Of a stretch of DNA of 64,000 nucleotides, positions 40,598 through 53,026 are shown in pieces; the first letter of the stretch is position 1, and every line of letters starts with the position of its first letter. The stretch spans positions 196,323-260,322 of the forward strand of contig JBQPWD010000002.1 in the NCBI GenBank assembly GCA_052246995.1, given 5' to 3'. The stretch comes from Candidatus Bathyarchaeota archaeon. Its GTDB lineage: Archaea > Thermoproteota > Bathyarchaeia > Hecatellales > Hecatellaceae. A model generated the notes under the pieces. That model was not told the origin of the DNA and ran no database searches. It worked only from the letters and a program-made list of their open reading frames with translations. The position numbers and the translations under genes are program-made.

Positions 40598-41359
40598 TTG
40601 GGTGTCGAAGGTTTGGGTTTTATTCCGCCAAGTGCTTACGATAGAGCAATCACAGTCTTCTCACCTGATGGTAGAATATTTCAAGTTGAATACGCATTTG
40701 AACCCGTGAGAAAGGGTACAACAGCCATAGGTATTGCTTGTAGCGGAGGGGTTGTTTTAGCTGTCGAAGAAAGACCATTCTCCATTCTTCAAGATACAAG
40801 CGTTGCTCAAAAACTTTTCCAGATTGATGACCATGTTGGGGCAGCTGTAGCTGGTTTAATGGGAGATGCAAGAGTTCTTGTAGATCAAGCTAGGCTTTAT
40901 GCCCAATACAATAGGCTAACGTATGATGAACCAGTGGATATTGAGCTCTTAAGTAGACGTGTAGGAGACATTGCTCAACTCTACACTCAACATGCAGGTG
41001 TGAGACCATTTGGAGCCTCAATAATTTTTGCCGGAGTGGATAAAACTGGAAGTCGAGTTTTTCTTAGCGAACCTAGTGGAGCTTACTGGGGATTCAAAGC
41101 TATTGCTATTGGTGCAGGGGCAGATACCGTAAAACCGATATTAGAAAAAAACTACTCAGAAAATATGAACCTGGATGAAGCTATCCTTCTAAGTTTATAT
41201 TGTCTATCCAAGGTTATTGAAGGCAAAATTGAACCTCAAAAAATAAGAATTGCTGTTGTTTCAGCGATGGAGAAGAAATTTAAAATGTTAACTTGGAGCG
41301 AAATTGAAAAGTTCATTGCAAAACTTGAAGATTTTAAAAATAAAATTGAAAAACAATGA
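40598..41359 (+). CDS. psmA: 20S proteasome alpha subunit
   Basis: [24 protein letters not shown]. Confidence 0.97.
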   Translation: MGVEGLGFIPPSAYDRAITVFSPDGRIFQVEYAFEPVRKGTTAIGIACSGGVVLAVEERPFSILQDTSVAQKLFQIDDHVGAAVAGLMGDARVLVDQARLYAQYNRLTYDEPVDIELLSRRVGDIAQLYTQHAGVRPFGASIIFAGVDKTGSRVFLSEPSGAYWGFKAIAIGAGADTVKPILEKNYSENMNLDEAILLSLYCLSKVIEGKIEPQKIRIAVVSAMEKKFKMLTWSEIEKFIAKLEDFKNKIEKQ

Positions 41360-42045
41360 GCCGTAAATTTACTCTTGCTAGGCTTACAATTGGTGGAGAA
41401 AAATTTGAAATCATGGTTGATCCCGATAAGGCTTTAAACTATAAACTTAATAAACAGGTACCTTTAACCCAAATCTTAGTTTGTGATGTAATTTTTAGAG
41501 ATGTAGGGAAAGGAGAGAGAGCCTCAGAAGAAAAAATTAAAAAAATATTTGGTACAACGGATCCAGTAAAAATTGCCAAGATTATACTGGAGAAGGGAGA
41601 GGTTCAACTTACAACAGAACAAAGAAGAAAACTGATTGAGGATAAAAAAAAGCAGATTATAAACTTTATTTCAAGACACTGTGTAGACCCTAAAACCAAT
41701 CTTCCACATCCACCATTAAGGATTGAGCAGGCGTTAACTCAAGCTAAAATTTCTATAGATCCATTCAAAGATGCTGAGGAACAGGCAAAAGATGTAATTC
41801 AAACTTTACGTGCAATTCTACCATTAAAGATTTCATCAGTATTGCTCGAGGTTAAAATTCCAGCCCGCTATGCTTCGTTAAGCTATGGAACCTTAAAATC
41901 CTACGGATCTATAAAGAAAGAACAATGGCTTCCAGATGGAAGCTTACTTGCCACTGTTGAAATTCCAGCAGGTCTTCAAACAAGCTTTTTAGAGAAACTT
42001 GGAAATATAACTAAGGGGGATGTTCAAGCCAGAATAGTTGGGTAG
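41356..42045 (+). CDS. Ribosome maturation factor SBDS/Sdo1
   Basis: [27 protein letters not shown]. Confidence 0.95.
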   Translation: MSRKFTLARLTIGGEKFEIMVDPDKALNYKLNKQVPLTQILVCDVIFRDVGKGERASEEKIKKIFGTTDPVKIAKIILEKGEVQLTTEQRRKLIEDKKKQIINFISRHCVDPKTNLPHPPLRIEQALTQAKISIDPFKDAEEQAKDVIQTLRAILPLKISSVLLEVKIPARYASLSYGTLKSYGSIKKEQWLPDGSLLATVEIPAGLQTSFLEKLGNITKGDVQARIVG

Positions 42046-42130
42046 AAAAATGAGATATCATTTTTTAGTATTACGTGCTTATTAACTAAAAGTTTATTTT
42101 GGATTTATTATCTAAAAGAGTTGGTTTACC

Positions 42131-42823
42131 ATGATAATGTTTGAAAAAAGGCAACTTGTACTTCCTGGAGATTTAATTGCAAAAGGAGACTATGTTGCAG
42201 GTGAAAATGTTTATAAAATTGAAGATAGACTTTATGCTCAAAAAATTGGTTTAATTGATTTTGAAGATAAAAAAGTTTACGTTATACCTTTAAGGGGACG
42301 ATACATTCCCAAGGTTGGAGATATAGTAATAGGAGAGATTGTGGATATTGGGGTTGGAAGTTGGATTGTTGATATCAACTCTCCATATTCCGCTACACTA
42401 CTAGCCTCTGACGTAACAGGAAAACCCTTTAGTCCTAAAACTGGAAGTCTAACAAAAATTCTTAACATTGGTGATGTTATAATTGGAAAAATAACAGTTT
42501 TTGATAGAACAAGAAATCCTTCGTTAACCATTAATGAACCAAATTTAGGTAAAGTTTCTGATGGAGTAATTGTAGACATGGTTCCAACAAAGATTCCTAG
42601 ACTTATAGGTAAGAGAAGTTCAATGCTTAACACCCTAAAAGAAGCCACTGGTTGCGATATTGTTGTTGGTCAAAATGGAAAAATTCTTATTCGCGGAAAG
42701 AACTTTAAAATGATTGAGCTGCTGATTAAAGCTATAAGGATGGTGGATGAACAAGCTCATACAACAGGTTTAACTGACAGGATAAAAGCATTCCTTTCAT
42801 CATCTATTAAGGAGGATAATTAG
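42131..42823 (+). CDS. rrp4: Exosome RNA-binding subunit Rrp4
   Basis: YIPKVGD S1 domain, PRLIGK KH domain, GQNG, AHT.GLT. Confidence 0.95.
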   Translation: MIMFEKRQLVLPGDLIAKGDYVAGENVYKIEDRLYAQKIGLIDFEDKKVYVIPLRGRYIPKVGDIVIGEIVDIGVGSWIVDINSPYSATLLASDVTGKPFSPKTGSLTKILNIGDVIIGKITVFDRTRNPSLTINEPNLGKVSDGVIVDMVPTKIPRLIGKRSSMLNTLKEATGCDIVVGQNGKILIRGKNFKMIELLIKAIRMVDEQAHTTGLTDRIKAFLSSSIKEDN

Positions 42824-43537
42824 TTGAACGGTGAAAAGCTTATTGATGAAAAAGGCTTAAGAGTTGATGGTAGAAAGCTGAATGAAATGAGACCTATAAA
42901 ACTTGAGGTTGGATTACTTTCAAATGCTGATGGTTCAGCCTACATTGAGCATGGAAAAAACAAGATTATTGTTGCAGTTTACGGACCTAGAGAAACTCAA
43001 CCAAAACATATAGGACTAGTTGACAGGGCAGTTGTTAGATGTAGATATCACATGGCACCCTTTTCAACTGATGAAAGGAAACCTCCAACTCCCTCACGTA
43101 GGGAAATAGAGATTTCTAAGGTTATCAGGGAAGCCCTTGAACCAGCTATCTTTACAGAATATTTTCCTAGAGGCATGATAGACATTTTTATTGAGGTTTT
43201 ACAATCCGATGGTGGAAGTAGATGCGCAGCCATTACAGCAGCATCATTAGCGCTGGCTGATGCGGGAATACCGTTAAGAGATCTTGTTTCTGCATGCGCT
43301 GTTGGAAAAATCGATGGTAAACTTGCTATCGACCCTTCAGACGTTGAAGATAAGCTGGGTGAGGCAGATATGCCTGTGGCTTACATGCCTTCCTTGGGAA
43401 GAATATCACTACTTCAAATGGATGGTATCCTTTCTGAAGAAGAATTTGTTAAAGCATTAAACATGGCTAAAGATGCGTGCTTAGAAATCTATAAATTACA
43501 AAAACAATGTCTTAAAAACAAGTATATTTCAATATAG
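42824..43537 (+). CDS. rrp41: Exosome catalytic subunit Rrp41
   Basis: R.DGR...[30 protein letters not shown]. Confidence 0.96.
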   Translation: MNGEKLIDEKGLRVDGRKLNEMRPIKLEVGLLSNADGSAYIEHGKNKIIVAVYGPRETQPKHIGLVDRAVVRCRYHMAPFSTDERKPPTPSRREIEISKVIREALEPAIFTEYFPRGMIDIFIEVLQSDGGSRCAAITAASLALADAGIPLRDLVSACAVGKIDGKLAIDPSDVEDKLGEADMPVAYMPSLGRISLLQMDGILSEEEFVKALNMAKDACLEIYKLQKQCLKNKYISI

Positions 43538-43557
43538 TGGGAGGGTTTTGAAGTTAA

Positions 43558-44370
<813 letters not shown>

Positions 44371-44374
44371 AAAA

Positions 44375-44608
44375 ATGGGAAAAACAAAAAAGTTAGGTCC
44401 AGTGGCAAGATTTCGTGGGAGAGGCGGTGCAGGATTAAGAAAAGTTAGAGTGGAAATTGAAAAATCAGCTAAACAATGGTATGAATGCCCTAAATGCGGG
44501 TTTAAGAAAGTTAAGCGTAAAAGTGTTGGAATATGGTTTTGCAGAAAATGTGGATACACTTTTGCGGGTGGAGCTTACACGCCAGTTACAAAGGCGCATA
44601 TAAAGTAG
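44375..44608 (+). CDS. rpl37ae: 50S ribosomal protein L37Ae (eL43)
   Basis: CPKC...GIWFCRKCG..FAGGAY; start refined to the ATG. Confidence 0.96.
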   Translation: MGKTKKLGPVARFRGRGGAGLRKVRVEIEKSAKQWYECPKCGFKKVKRKSVGIWFCRKCGYTFAGGAYTPVTKAHIK

Positions 44609-44687
44609 AAAAAGATGGTTTTAAATAAACCCTGACTTCAAGAGTTAAGAATAAGCTTAAATTAATATTTAGGCTAATTCTAAGCCT

Positions 44688-45944
44688 ATGAGTAGAATGT
44701 TGGAGAAAAAAGACTTTACCTCAGAAGTTGAGGTGGAAGGCCACCTTATAGATTCTATGATTCTTACAAGAATCTGGGATAAAATTATGGAGCTTGGCGG
44801 AGATTTTGAAGTTTTGGAGTTTAAGGTTGGAAAAAGAAAAACAGATTACAGTTATGCTAGGATGGTTGTTAAAGCTCAAAATGAAGACCACCTTAATGTA
44901 ATTTTAGAGGAAATCTATAGGCTTGGAGCAGTACCATGTAGAATTCCAGAGGTTGAATACTTACCATCACCTGAGGATAAGATTTTACCAGATAATTTTT
45001 ACTCCACAACAAACCATCCAACCTATGTCTACCTTAAAGGTAGGTGGATTGAGGTTGAAGATATAATGATGGATAAGGTTATAGTTGTTGAACCTGAAAA
45101 ATGTAGAGCTTACTGTAAGGCTATAGGTGAAGTTAAAAAAGGCGATATGGTTGTTGTTGGTGAAAAAGGTATAAAAGTTAAGCCTCCTGAACGACCAAGA
45201 GAAAGCATAGGCATCTTTAAATTTATGAGTAGTGAAGTTTCATCAGAAAAACCTTCAAAATCCCTCGTAAGACAGATAGCACAAGATATTTACAACACTA
45301 AAAAAGATTGTGGAAAAATTGTTGTTGTAGCTGGACCTGCAATAGTACATACAGGCGCAGCCGACTCTTTAGCTGAGATGATTAGAATGGGGTTTGTTGA
45401 CACATTACTTTCTGGAAACGCTTTAGCAGTTCACGATGTTGAATCAGCACTTTACGGGACATCGTTAGGAGTTTCTTTAAAAGACGGAACAACTCTACTT
45501 AAAGGACATAGAAACCACCTTGCAGCAATAAATGAAATTTACAAGGCAGGCTCGTTGAGGAAAGCTGTTGAAAAAGGTATCTTAAAGTCAGGGATAATTT
45601 ATGAGTGTATTGTAAAAAATATCCCATTTGTCTTAGCAGGCTCAATAAGGGATGATGGCCCGCTACCAGAAGTTATTACTGACAGTATGGAAGCACAGAA
45701 AAAGTATAGAGAAGTTCTTAAAAACGTCAGTATGGTTTTAATGTTTGCATCAACTCTTCATTCTATAGCTATTGGAAACATGCTTCCATCAACTGTTAAA
45801 ATAATCTGCGTTGACATAAACCCTTCAACAGTAATAAAGCTTCTTGATAGAGGTTCAATACAAGCTGTAGGAATAGTTTCTGATGTAGGAGTTTTCCTAC
45901 CAATCCTGGTTGAAGAGCTTAGAAAGTTAAGTATTGAAAGTTAA
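44688..45944 (+). CDS. TIGR00300 / LOR-SDH domain protein (ornithine cyclodeaminase-like)
   Basis: GHLIDS, FYSTTN, GPAIVHTG, GNALAVHD, LAGSIRDDGPLP, LHSIA.GN. Confidence 0.88.
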   Translation: MSRMLEKKDFTSEVEVEGHLIDSMILTRIWDKIMELGGDFEVLEFKVGKRKTDYSYARMVVKAQNEDHLNVILEEIYRLGAVPCRIPEVEYLPSPEDKILPDNFYSTTNHPTYVYLKGRWIEVEDIMMDKVIVVEPEKCRAYCKAIGEVKKGDMVVVGEKGIKVKPPERPRESIGIFKFMSSEVSSEKPSKSLVRQIAQDIYNTKKDCGKIVVVAGPAIVHTGAADSLAEMIRMGFVDTLLSGNALAVHDVESALYGTSLGVSLKDGTTLLKGHRNHLAAINEIYKAGSLRKAVEKGILKSGIIYECIVKNIPFVLAGSIRDDGPLPEVITDSMEAQKKYREVLKNVSMVLMFASTLHSIAIGNMLPSTVKIICVDINPSTVIKLLDRGSIQAVGIVSDVGVFLPILVEELRKLSIES

Positions 45945-45950
45945 TAATTT

Positions 45951-47267
45951 TTATGGTTCAAGTCTATCTCTATCCCTTGGGAAAAGAATGCACTCCTTAA
46001 TGTTCTCTCGTCCGGTAATTACCATTATAAGCCTGCTTAAACCCATACCCCATCCGGCATGAGGAGGCATTCCCCAATCAAAAACTTTTAAATGATGTTT
46101 AAAACTTTCAGGGTTTAAACCTTGCTCTTTAAGCCTTCTACAAAGCAGTTCTTTCTCATGTATTCTTGTACCTCCCGACGCAAGTTCAAGCCACTCATAC
46201 ATAAGGTCAAATGCTTCACACAACCTTGGCTCATCATCTTTAGGTTTAATGTAGAATGGTTTTGAACGTGTAGGCCAGTCAACTATAAAGTAAAATTCTT
46301 CCTTAAAGACTTCACCTAACGTTCTAAGAAGCGGAGTTGGAATATCTTCACCCCATTCAATGTGAAAACCTTTCTCACTTAGAATTTTTAAGATGTTATC
46401 ATATGTGAGACGTTTAAATGGGGTTGGCGGAATCTTTATCTCCCGATTAAGTATTCTTAGCTCATCTTCACAACTTTCTTTAACATGCTTGAAAAGATAA
46501 ACTATAAGGTTTTCCAGTAGGGTCATCACATTACAATAATCCACAAAAGCCTCTTCAACATCGATGGAAATAAACTCTGACGTGTGACGTGTAGTTCTTG
46601 ATTCCTCAGCTCTAAAAAATGGAGCTATCTCGTAAACCTTTTCAAAAACTGATGTTAACTGTTCCTTATAAAGTTGAGGACTTTGAGCAAGAAAAGCTTC
46701 CTTATCAAAATAAAGAACAGGGAAAAGAGCAGCCCCACCTTCAGTTGCAGTGGAAATTATCTTTGGCGTTTGAACTTCTAAAAAACCTTCATTTTCAAGA
46801 AAACTTCTGACAGAATGTAATACAACGTGATTTATACGGAAAATAGCTTTACTTTCAGGACGTCTAAGGTCAAGTATTCTGGCATCAAGCCTAACATCAA
46901 GGTCAGCTGGAATTCTACCAGTAGGGTCTAGCGCCAACGGATGTTGAGCATAATTTAAAATCCTAATTTCATTAGGTATTATTTCGACTCCTCTTTGGGC
47001 TTTATCACTTTTTTTAACAACTCCTTTAACTCCAATTACATATTGCTTCTTAAGTTCTGAAACCTTTTTAACAACATCTTCGCTAACAGTCTGTGTGGGA
47101 ATTGTTATTTGAACTTCACCTTTTAAATCACTTAAAAGAATAAACTTTATTTTACCAAGATCCCTTATGTTGTAAACCCAGCCTAAAACAATTACCTCTT
47201 TTCCATCGTGTTTTGGAGTTATCTCCGTTGAATAATGGGTTCTACGCCAGTTTTCAAGTTTATCCAT
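45951..47267 (-). CDS. aspS: Aspartyl-tRNA synthetase
   Basis: OB fold, TEGGA, LAQSPQLYK, FRAE, GMPPHAGWGMG..R, FPRD. Confidence 0.96.
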   Translation of the reverse strand: MDKLENWRRTHYSTEITPKHDGKEVIVLGWVYNIRDLGKIKFILLSDLKGEVQITIPTQTVSEDVVKKVSELKKQYVIGVKGVVKKSDKAQRGVEIIPNEIRILNYAQHPLALDPTGRIPADLDVRLDARILDLRRPESKAIFRINHVVLHSVRSFLENEGFLEVQTPKIISTATEGGAALFPVLYFDKEAFLAQSPQLYKEQLTSVFEKVYEIAPFFRAEESRTTRHTSEFISIDVEEAFVDYCNVMTLLENLIVYLFKHVKESCEDELRILNREIKIPPTPFKRLTYDNILKILSEKGFHIEWGEDIPTPLLRTLGEVFKEEFYFIVDWPTRSKPFYIKPKDDEPRLCEAFDLMYEWLELASGGTRIHEKELLCRRLKEQGLNPESFKHHLKVFDWGMPPHAGWGMGLSRLIMVITGRENIKECILFPRDRDRLEP

Positions 47268-47513
47268 GATTTTTCCCTGAATACTGTAAGCCTAAACAGT
47301 TTAAGGTTAATTTAACGTTAAAAATCTTCTGTTAACATTTATCTAAATAAGTTTAAAAATAGACTTAAAAGCTTGCTTAACCTTGATAATAGATAGTGTA
47401 GGAAAATAGAAAATCTAACCTTAAAATACATGGTCATAGTTAAAGTTTTAGCAAGAAGCTAATAACCTGTTATGCTAGTTTTCTTTAGAAAGAAATGTTG
47501 GATGGGATGTGGT

Positions 47514-48224
47514 ATGCAGGTTTATAATATCGTTGCTTTTGACATCCCGGAAAGCTGGTACAAATGTTTAAAATTATGCCTTGAAAAAGGGTATGAATAT
47601 GTGATTAGTAAAGGGTCAAGAAAGGGATGTAGAAGAAAAGAATTAGATTTTATCGTTGTACAAATTAAGAACCCAGGATTTAGACCTTTAGTTCCAGAGG
47701 TGCCTGAAGATGTACCTCCACCAACTTCCCAGCAATTTATAAACGATTATATTGTTTATCTTACAACAGGATATAAGTCAGGCGAAGAATACACTTACGG
47801 AGAAAGATTGACAGAGTTTCCCTACATAAAAGGCTTTATCCTTGAGGCTAAAAGAAAGGTAAACCAGATCCAGGAGGTTATTAAAATGTATAAGGAAGGA
47901 GGGTTTGAAACAAATCAAGCATGTATGGAGGTTGCAATGCCAAGCGATATAACATTGACAGATCCACCATGTATGAGACTTGTGGATACAAGAATACGGT
48001 ATGGTAAGCTACATTTTATAGTATATTTTAGGTCATGGGATCTTTGGGGTGGCTACCCTACAAACTTAGCTGCCCTTCAGCTTTTAAAAGAGTGGATGGC
48101 TGAGGAGGTAGGCGTTAAAGATGGGGAAATCATAGCCTTAAGTAAAGGTCTCCATATTTATGATAGTGAATGGAGTTTGGCGGAAAAAGTTATTTCACCA
48201 AGAACCAAAGCTAAAAAATATTAG
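47514..48224 (+). CDS. thyA: Archaeal-type thymidylate synthase
   Basis: YTYGERL, DPPC, FRSWD...PTN, LHIY. Confidence 0.85.
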   Translation: MQVYNIVAFDIPESWYKCLKLCLEKGYEYVISKGSRKGCRRKELDFIVVQIKNPGFRPLVPEVPEDVPPPTSQQFINDYIVYLTTGYKSGEEYTYGERLTEFPYIKGFILEAKRKVNQIQEVIKMYKEGGFETNQACMEVAMPSDITLTDPPCMRLVDTRIRYGKLHFIVYFRSWDLWGGYPTNLAALQLLKEWMAEEVGVKDGEIIALSKGLHIYDSEWSLAEKVISPRTKAKKY

Positions 48225-48242
48225 GATGATTTTTGTTAAAAG

Positions 48243-48776
48243 TTAAACTTTTCCCCTGTAATCTTCAAACTCTACTCTTAAATTTATTCCTTTAATTGTT
48301 TTTACAACGTCTTTTAATGTTTGGATGCTTAATGGAAGTTTTTTAGCATCCTTTTTAGGTATTAAAACTTTTGTTTCGGTTGAACCATCTGGAAGCCAAA
48401 CAGTGTTTATTGTCAAGATGGATGCGGGAGCAAAAAGATTTTCAAGAAAACGTCTTGGAGAATCTTCATTTGCAAGAACTTTAACTTTCTTTTTACCAAC
48501 TTTTTCTGAAAGTTCGCGTAAAATTTTTCCACCATGACTGAGAAGTTTTTGGATGTCCTGCTTGTTTACAATTATAACAAGAACGTCGTCAGCCTCAGTA
48601 GCTTTATGTAAGGCCACGGATTCTAGGATAGGGTATTTTTCCTCGATTTTTGACAAGATTCTCGCTACTTTCAGGTCTAACTCTGAAACCTCTCCAAGTC
48701 TAACCTTTTCCTCGCATTTTTGACATAAAATCCCGCTTCTGAGGCAAACACCACATATTTTTGTTAGCATTCTCAT
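48243..48776 (-). CDS. Archaeal NusA-like KH protein with N-terminal Cys motif
   Basis: C..C..SGILC..C, GGK..R.LS, INTVWLPDG. Confidence 0.85.
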   Translation of the reverse strand: MRMLTKICGVCLRSGILCQKCEEKVRLGEVSELDLKVARILSKIEEKYPILESVALHKATEADDVLVIIVNKQDIQKLLSHGGKILRELSEKVGKKKVKVLANEDSPRRFLENLFAPASILTINTVWLPDGSTETKVLIPKKDAKKLPLSIQTLKDVVKTIKGINLRVEFEDYRGKV

Positions 48777-48912
48777 ATTTCTAAAAAGCTAGTGGGTATT
48801 TAGAGTTTATGGTGAGGCTACTTTCACGGTAAAACCTGAAACATCAAAAAATTATTGATGTAATCCTTTAATACTGAACAATTAGAAAGCTTAAATTAAG
48901 TAGTTGGTTACA

Positions 48913-49647
48913 TTAGCAATAAATATTTTTAAGCTTTTTCCCAGCAGGACATGCTTTAATGCATAAACCACACACCTCGCCACTATCCGATAAAACCACA
49001 AAAAGATAGTGTCGACACCTATCCTTATCCATTCTCCAACCCTCAACAGGGTTGTATTGAGGATTTTCTAGGGCATTAACAGGGCAAACCTTAACACAAT
49101 TTAAACAATTTCTCCAGTTGCAGATGTCCTCTAAAAGAAGAGGATCTGGTTTTAATGGGGCATTGGTTATGACCGTTGTAAATCTTACGTAGGGGCCGTA
49201 ATCTGGGGTTAGCACAAGGTTGTTTAATCCAAATCTTCCAAGTCCTGCGGCAACAGCGATATGTTTATGAGATATATCACCATAGATATTTTTTTCGTCA
49301 TAAGGTCTGCTAGCTGGAAATGGTATAGCTTTATAACCCTTACTTTCAAGCAAACAGGAAACATCGCAAGCTAAAGTGTTAAGCCTAAAATTTACATTAT
49401 CATAAACCATTCTATACTCTCTTCTTGTTTTTGGTAAACCTTTAACAACTGAAACGTTTAACTTTAAACCTATGGAGATTAAGCTTTTAACATCAGGCAA
49501 AAAATTTTCAGGTTTATGGTTATCTGGAGCATTTGCCAACCTGTCAGGTGAAGCTATACCAACAAGGTCAGCGCCTTTATCTTTCAAAAATTTTTTAACT
49601 TCCTCAGTTAGATTTGAAAGTTCATTGTTTTTGAGCATTCTTTTCAC
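48913..49647 (-). CDS. QueG / reductive-dehalogenase-like cobalamin and Fe-S oxidoreductase
   Basis: GADLVGIA, SHKH.AVAAGLG..G.NNL, CLNCVKVCP and CGLCIKACP. Confidence 0.8.
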   Translation of the reverse strand: MKRMLKNNELSNLTEEVKKFLKDKGADLVGIASPDRLANAPDNHKPENFLPDVKSLISIGLKLNVSVVKGLPKTRREYRMVYDNVNFRLNTLACDVSCLLESKGYKAIPFPASRPYDEKNIYGDISHKHIAVAAGLGRFGLNNLVLTPDYGPYVRFTTVITNAPLKPDPLLLEDICNWRNCLNCVKVCPVNALENPQYNPVEGWRMDKDRCRHYLFVVLSDSGEVCGLCIKACPAGKKLKNIYC

Positions 49648-49679
49648 CTTAGCATCTTTAATTTATATACTTAATTGAC

Positions 49680-50423
49680 TTATATTCTGATTGTTTGAAG
49701 GTCTTTTGCGACGATAATTTCTCCGTCAAATTCTTTTGAAGCTTGTTTAATGTACTTATCTTCGTACTGAATGTTATGTGGAAGAATATGTGTAAGCATA
49801 AGCGTTTTTACGCCAGCCATTTTTGCAATCTTCCCAGCTTGAGATGCTGTTGAATGATTTGTTAAGGATGCAATTTTTTTCTGTTCGTCAAGGAAGGTTG
49901 CATCATGAATAAGTACATCACAGTCAGATGCAAAACTTGCTAGAGGCTTGTAAAACCTCGTATCACCAGTACAACATACACTTTTACCATTCCTGTTAAC
50001 CCTGTAAGCAATATTAACTGGAGTGTGTTTTGTTTTGAAAGTTTTAACTTCATCAAACTCTTCTCCACCAGCCAGCGACCTAAATTTTATATTAAAAATT
50101 GTATACTCCTTAGGAGTATGCATAATTTTAAGAAGTAAAACCGTGAACTTCTCAATATTTCTGAAACCCACAATTTCAATGCTTTCCTTAGATTCAGCCA
50201 GCTGGATAGCCCACAAAAGTGGGATAAGATCTCCAACGTGGTCCGCATGGTAATGGGTAATCATTATTTTCTTAATTTTAGTTAAATCGGCATCAACCTC
50301 AACTAAATTTCTTAATGATCCTGGACCACAGTCGATAAGAATATCTTCATCTATAAGAATGGATGGGCAAGCCTTACTTTTTGTTAAAACAGTTCCACCA
50401 GAACCTATTACTGTTATTTTCAA
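49680..50423 (-). CDS. Metallo-beta-lactamase-fold hydrolase, RNase Z-like
   Basis: IDCGPG, THYHADH, TGDT, HDAT, HST, LTH. Confidence 0.85.
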   Translation of the reverse strand: MKITVIGSGGTVLTKSKACPSILIDEDILIDCGPGSLRNLVEVDADLTKIKKIMITHYHADHVGDLIPLLWAIQLAESKESIEIVGFRNIEKFTVLLLKIMHTPKEYTIFNIKFRSLAGGEEFDEVKTFKTKHTPVNIAYRVNRNGKSVCCTGDTRFYKPLASFASDCDVLIHDATFLDEQKKIASLTNHSTASQAGKIAKMAGVKTLMLTHILPHNIQYEDKYIKQASKEFDGEIIVAKDLQTIRI

Positions 50424-50497
50424 GGTTATCAGCCTAAGTAAAAAATAATAGTATTGATTTTATTTTTGCGTTTTGATGTTGCAGAGTTCCTACCGGG

Positions 50498-50788
50498 TTA
50501 TCTTGAAACCGTTATTTCAATGGTGCTGACATGGGCTGGAAGTCCACCTTCAGGTGATGCTAACCTTTCGGTGCCTATTTTTATGTTTTTTATTTTTAGG
50601 TCTTGGACAAACCTTCTACGAACAATTTCAACAACGTCAACAGCTCTAGATATTGCTCTACCCCTAGCTTTAATCACAACTTCAGGCTCTGTTTGGAAGA
50701 GAGTTAGGGTTGCCAAAACATAGTTCATAACAGGTTTTTTACCTACAAGGATGCTATTTGCTCGAGACATTGCTGCTTCCCCTAGCAT
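50498..50788 (-). CDS. alba: DNA/RNA-binding protein Alba
   Basis: [29 protein letters not shown]. Confidence 0.96.
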   Translation of the reverse strand: MLGEAAMSRANSILVGKKPVMNYVLATLTLFQTEPEVVIKARGRAISRAVDVVEIVRRRFVQDLKIKNIKIGTERLASPEGGLPAHVSTIEITVSR

Positions 50789-50972
50789 TCGGCGTTCTAC
50801 TGGCTAACTAGCATTAAGTTACATTAAAATAAATATGTTACGGTTTACGGTTTAAACTAGAAACAGCAAAAACTATTTAGGAGTGAAAACTCTATTATGT
50901 AAATTAATATAAATTTAAGCCGTTCTATGTATATGCTTATACTGAAGTAATTTTAACATATAAGAAGGTGAT

Positions 50973-52109
50973 TTGTTGAAGCTTTTTGAGTTTGAAGCAA
51001 AAAGTATACTTCAAAGATACGGAATAAGTATTCCAAAAGGCAGAGTGGTGGATAACGTCAAAAATGTTAAAGAAGCTGTCTTAGAGATTGGTAAACCAGT
51101 CGTGTTAAAATCTCAAATTCTAGTTGCAGGTAGGGGCAAAGCAGGGGGAATTGTTTTTGCTAACAATCCTGTTGAGGCTATGGAAGCCGCATCTAAGCTT
51201 ATTGGTAGCAGGATTAAGGATCTTAAAGTTGAGAAACTTCTTGTTGAAGAGAAACTTAACATTGTTAAGGAGTTTTATGCTTCAGTGGCTGTTGACAGGA
51301 GTAATAGAAGCTATGTTGTTCTTGCATCAACGGAAGGGGGTGTTGATATCGAAGAGGTTGCTGAAAAATCTCCTGAAAAAATTGTTAGACACCATGTAGA
51401 CCTAGCTTTTGGTTTTTCAGAGTTTCATGCTAGAAAAATTGCCAGAAAACTTGGTTTATGGGGGGATGATTTAAGAAAGTTTTCTAGTGTGATTTATAGC
51501 CTTTACAGGATTGCTGTTGATTATGATGCTGAGCTTGTTGAAACAAACCCATTAGTAAAAACTTCTGATGGAAACTTTGTTGCAGCTGATGCAAGAATTA
51601 TAATTGACGATAACGCTTTATTTAGGCATAAAGAATTTTCTGGAAGAGAATCAGCAGAGTTTAACGTTTTAGAGGTTGAAGCAAAAAAGCGTGGATTATC
51701 TTACGTAGACCTTGCAGGGGATATTGGATGTTTAGTTAATGGTGCAGGTTTGGCAATGGCAACAATGGATCTTGTTAAGCTTTTAGGGGGTGAACCTGCA
51801 AACTTTTTAGATATTGGTGGTGGTGCCAGAGCTGATGTTATTAAGGAAGGTATGAAAATTCTTTTATCAAAACCTGGTGTTAAAGCTGTACTGGTAAACA
51901 TTTTAGGAGGTATAACAAGATGCGATGAGGTTGCTAGAGGGATAATTAAAGCTTTAGAGGAAGCTGGAAATAAAGTACCATTGGTTGTAAGGCTTGTTGG
52001 AACAAAAGAGGAGGAAGGATGGAAAATACTTGAGGAAGCTGGAATACATGTATATAGAAATGTGGAGGATGCTGTTAAAGAAGCTGTAAGAATCGCCAAG
52101 GGTGGTTAA
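50973..52109 (+). CDS. sucC: Succinyl-CoA synthetase beta subunit
   Basis: [46 protein letters not shown]. Confidence 0.95.
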   Translation: MLKLFEFEAKSILQRYGISIPKGRVVDNVKNVKEAVLEIGKPVVLKSQILVAGRGKAGGIVFANNPVEAMEAASKLIGSRIKDLKVEKLLVEEKLNIVKEFYASVAVDRSNRSYVVLASTEGGVDIEEVAEKSPEKIVRHHVDLAFGFSEFHARKIARKLGLWGDDLRKFSSVIYSLYRIAVDYDAELVETNPLVKTSDGNFVAADARIIIDDNALFRHKEFSGRESAEFNVLEVEAKKRGLSYVDLAGDIGCLVNGAGLAMATMDLVKLLGGEPANFLDIGGGARADVIKEGMKILLSKPGVKAVLVNILGGITRCDEVARGIIKALEEAGNKVPLVVRLVGTKEEEGWKILEEAGIHVYRNVEDAVKEAVRIAKGG

Positions 52110-52111
52110 AA

Positions 52112-52990
52112 ATGGGTGTAATCGTCAACAGAAATACAAAGGTTGTTGTTCAGGGTATAACTGGCAGAGAAGGAAGCTTCCATACTGAGCTTATGCTTAA
52201 CTATGGAACAAATATTGTTGCAGGTGTAAGTCCAGGAAAAGGTGGAGAAAAGGTTCATGAAGTGCCTGTTTACGATACTGTTGAGGAGGCTGTCAAGCTT
52301 AGGGGTGCAAATACATCTATAATATTTGTTCCTGCAGCGTATGCTAAAGATGCGATATTGGAGGCAATAGATGCAGGGATAAAAACTATTGTTGTTATTA
52401 CTGAGGGGATACCTGTAAAGGATACAATGGAATGTGTAGATAAAGCTAGAAAGCAGGGAGTGGTAATTATTGGACCTAATACACCAGGGATAATTGCTCC
52501 AGCTGAAAAAGTTAAGGTTGGAATTATGCCTGCTCACATGTTCACACCAGGAGTTGTGGGCATAGCTTCTAGAAGTGGAACATTAACATATGAAATTGCA
52601 TGGAGAATTAGTATGGCTGGGCTTGGACAAAGCACGTGTTTAGGTTTAGGTGGAGATCCTATTACAGGTTTAAGTTTTGTCGATGTTTTAGAGATGTTTA
52701 AGAATGACAAAGAAACAAAGGCTGTTGTCTTGATTGGGGAGATTGGAGGTAATGCGGAAGAGGTTGCAGCAGAATATATTGCTAAAACTGGTTATCCTAA
52801 ACCTGTCGTGGCTTATGTGGCTGGAAAAACGGCGCCACCGGGTAAACGTATGGGTCATGCTGGAGCAATAATAATGGGAAAAGTTGGGACAGCTCAAACA
52901 AAAATTGAGGCATTTAAAAAGGTAGGTGTATCTGTAGCTGAAAATCCGTTAGAAATTGCAAAAATGCTTCAAGAAAAACTTAAAAGTTAG
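52112..52990 (+). CDS. sucD: Succinyl-CoA synthetase alpha subunit
   Basis: [31 protein letters not shown] phospho-His motif. Confidence 0.96.
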   Translation: MGVIVNRNTKVVVQGITGREGSFHTELMLNYGTNIVAGVSPGKGGEKVHEVPVYDTVEEAVKLRGANTSIIFVPAAYAKDAILEAIDAGIKTIVVITEGIPVKDTMECVDKARKQGVVIIGPNTPGIIAPAEKVKVGIMPAHMFTPGVVGIASRSGTLTYEIAWRISMAGLGQSTCLGLGGDPITGLSFVDVLEMFKNDKETKAVVLIGEIGGNAEEVAAEYIAKTGYPKPVVAYVAGKTAPPGKRMGHAGAIIMGKVGTAQTKIEAFKKVGVSVAENPLEIAKMLQEKLKS

Positions 52991-53026
52991 CGTTCCATCT
53001 AAAAATGGAAAATTTTTGGTGGTTTT

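Noticed and set aside
47472-48224. ThyA-like gene as a phage-type base-modification enzyme
   Set aside because: Retains Cys, RSxD and the dUMP-specifying Asn; housekeeping context with no viral genes
48809-48877. Second possible C/D-box RNA (ATGGTGA...CTGA...TTGATG...CTGA) with an ACATCAA/TTGATGT palindrome
   Set aside because: The C box lacks the first GA needed for the K-turn, the terminal stem is weak, and no guide target was recognised
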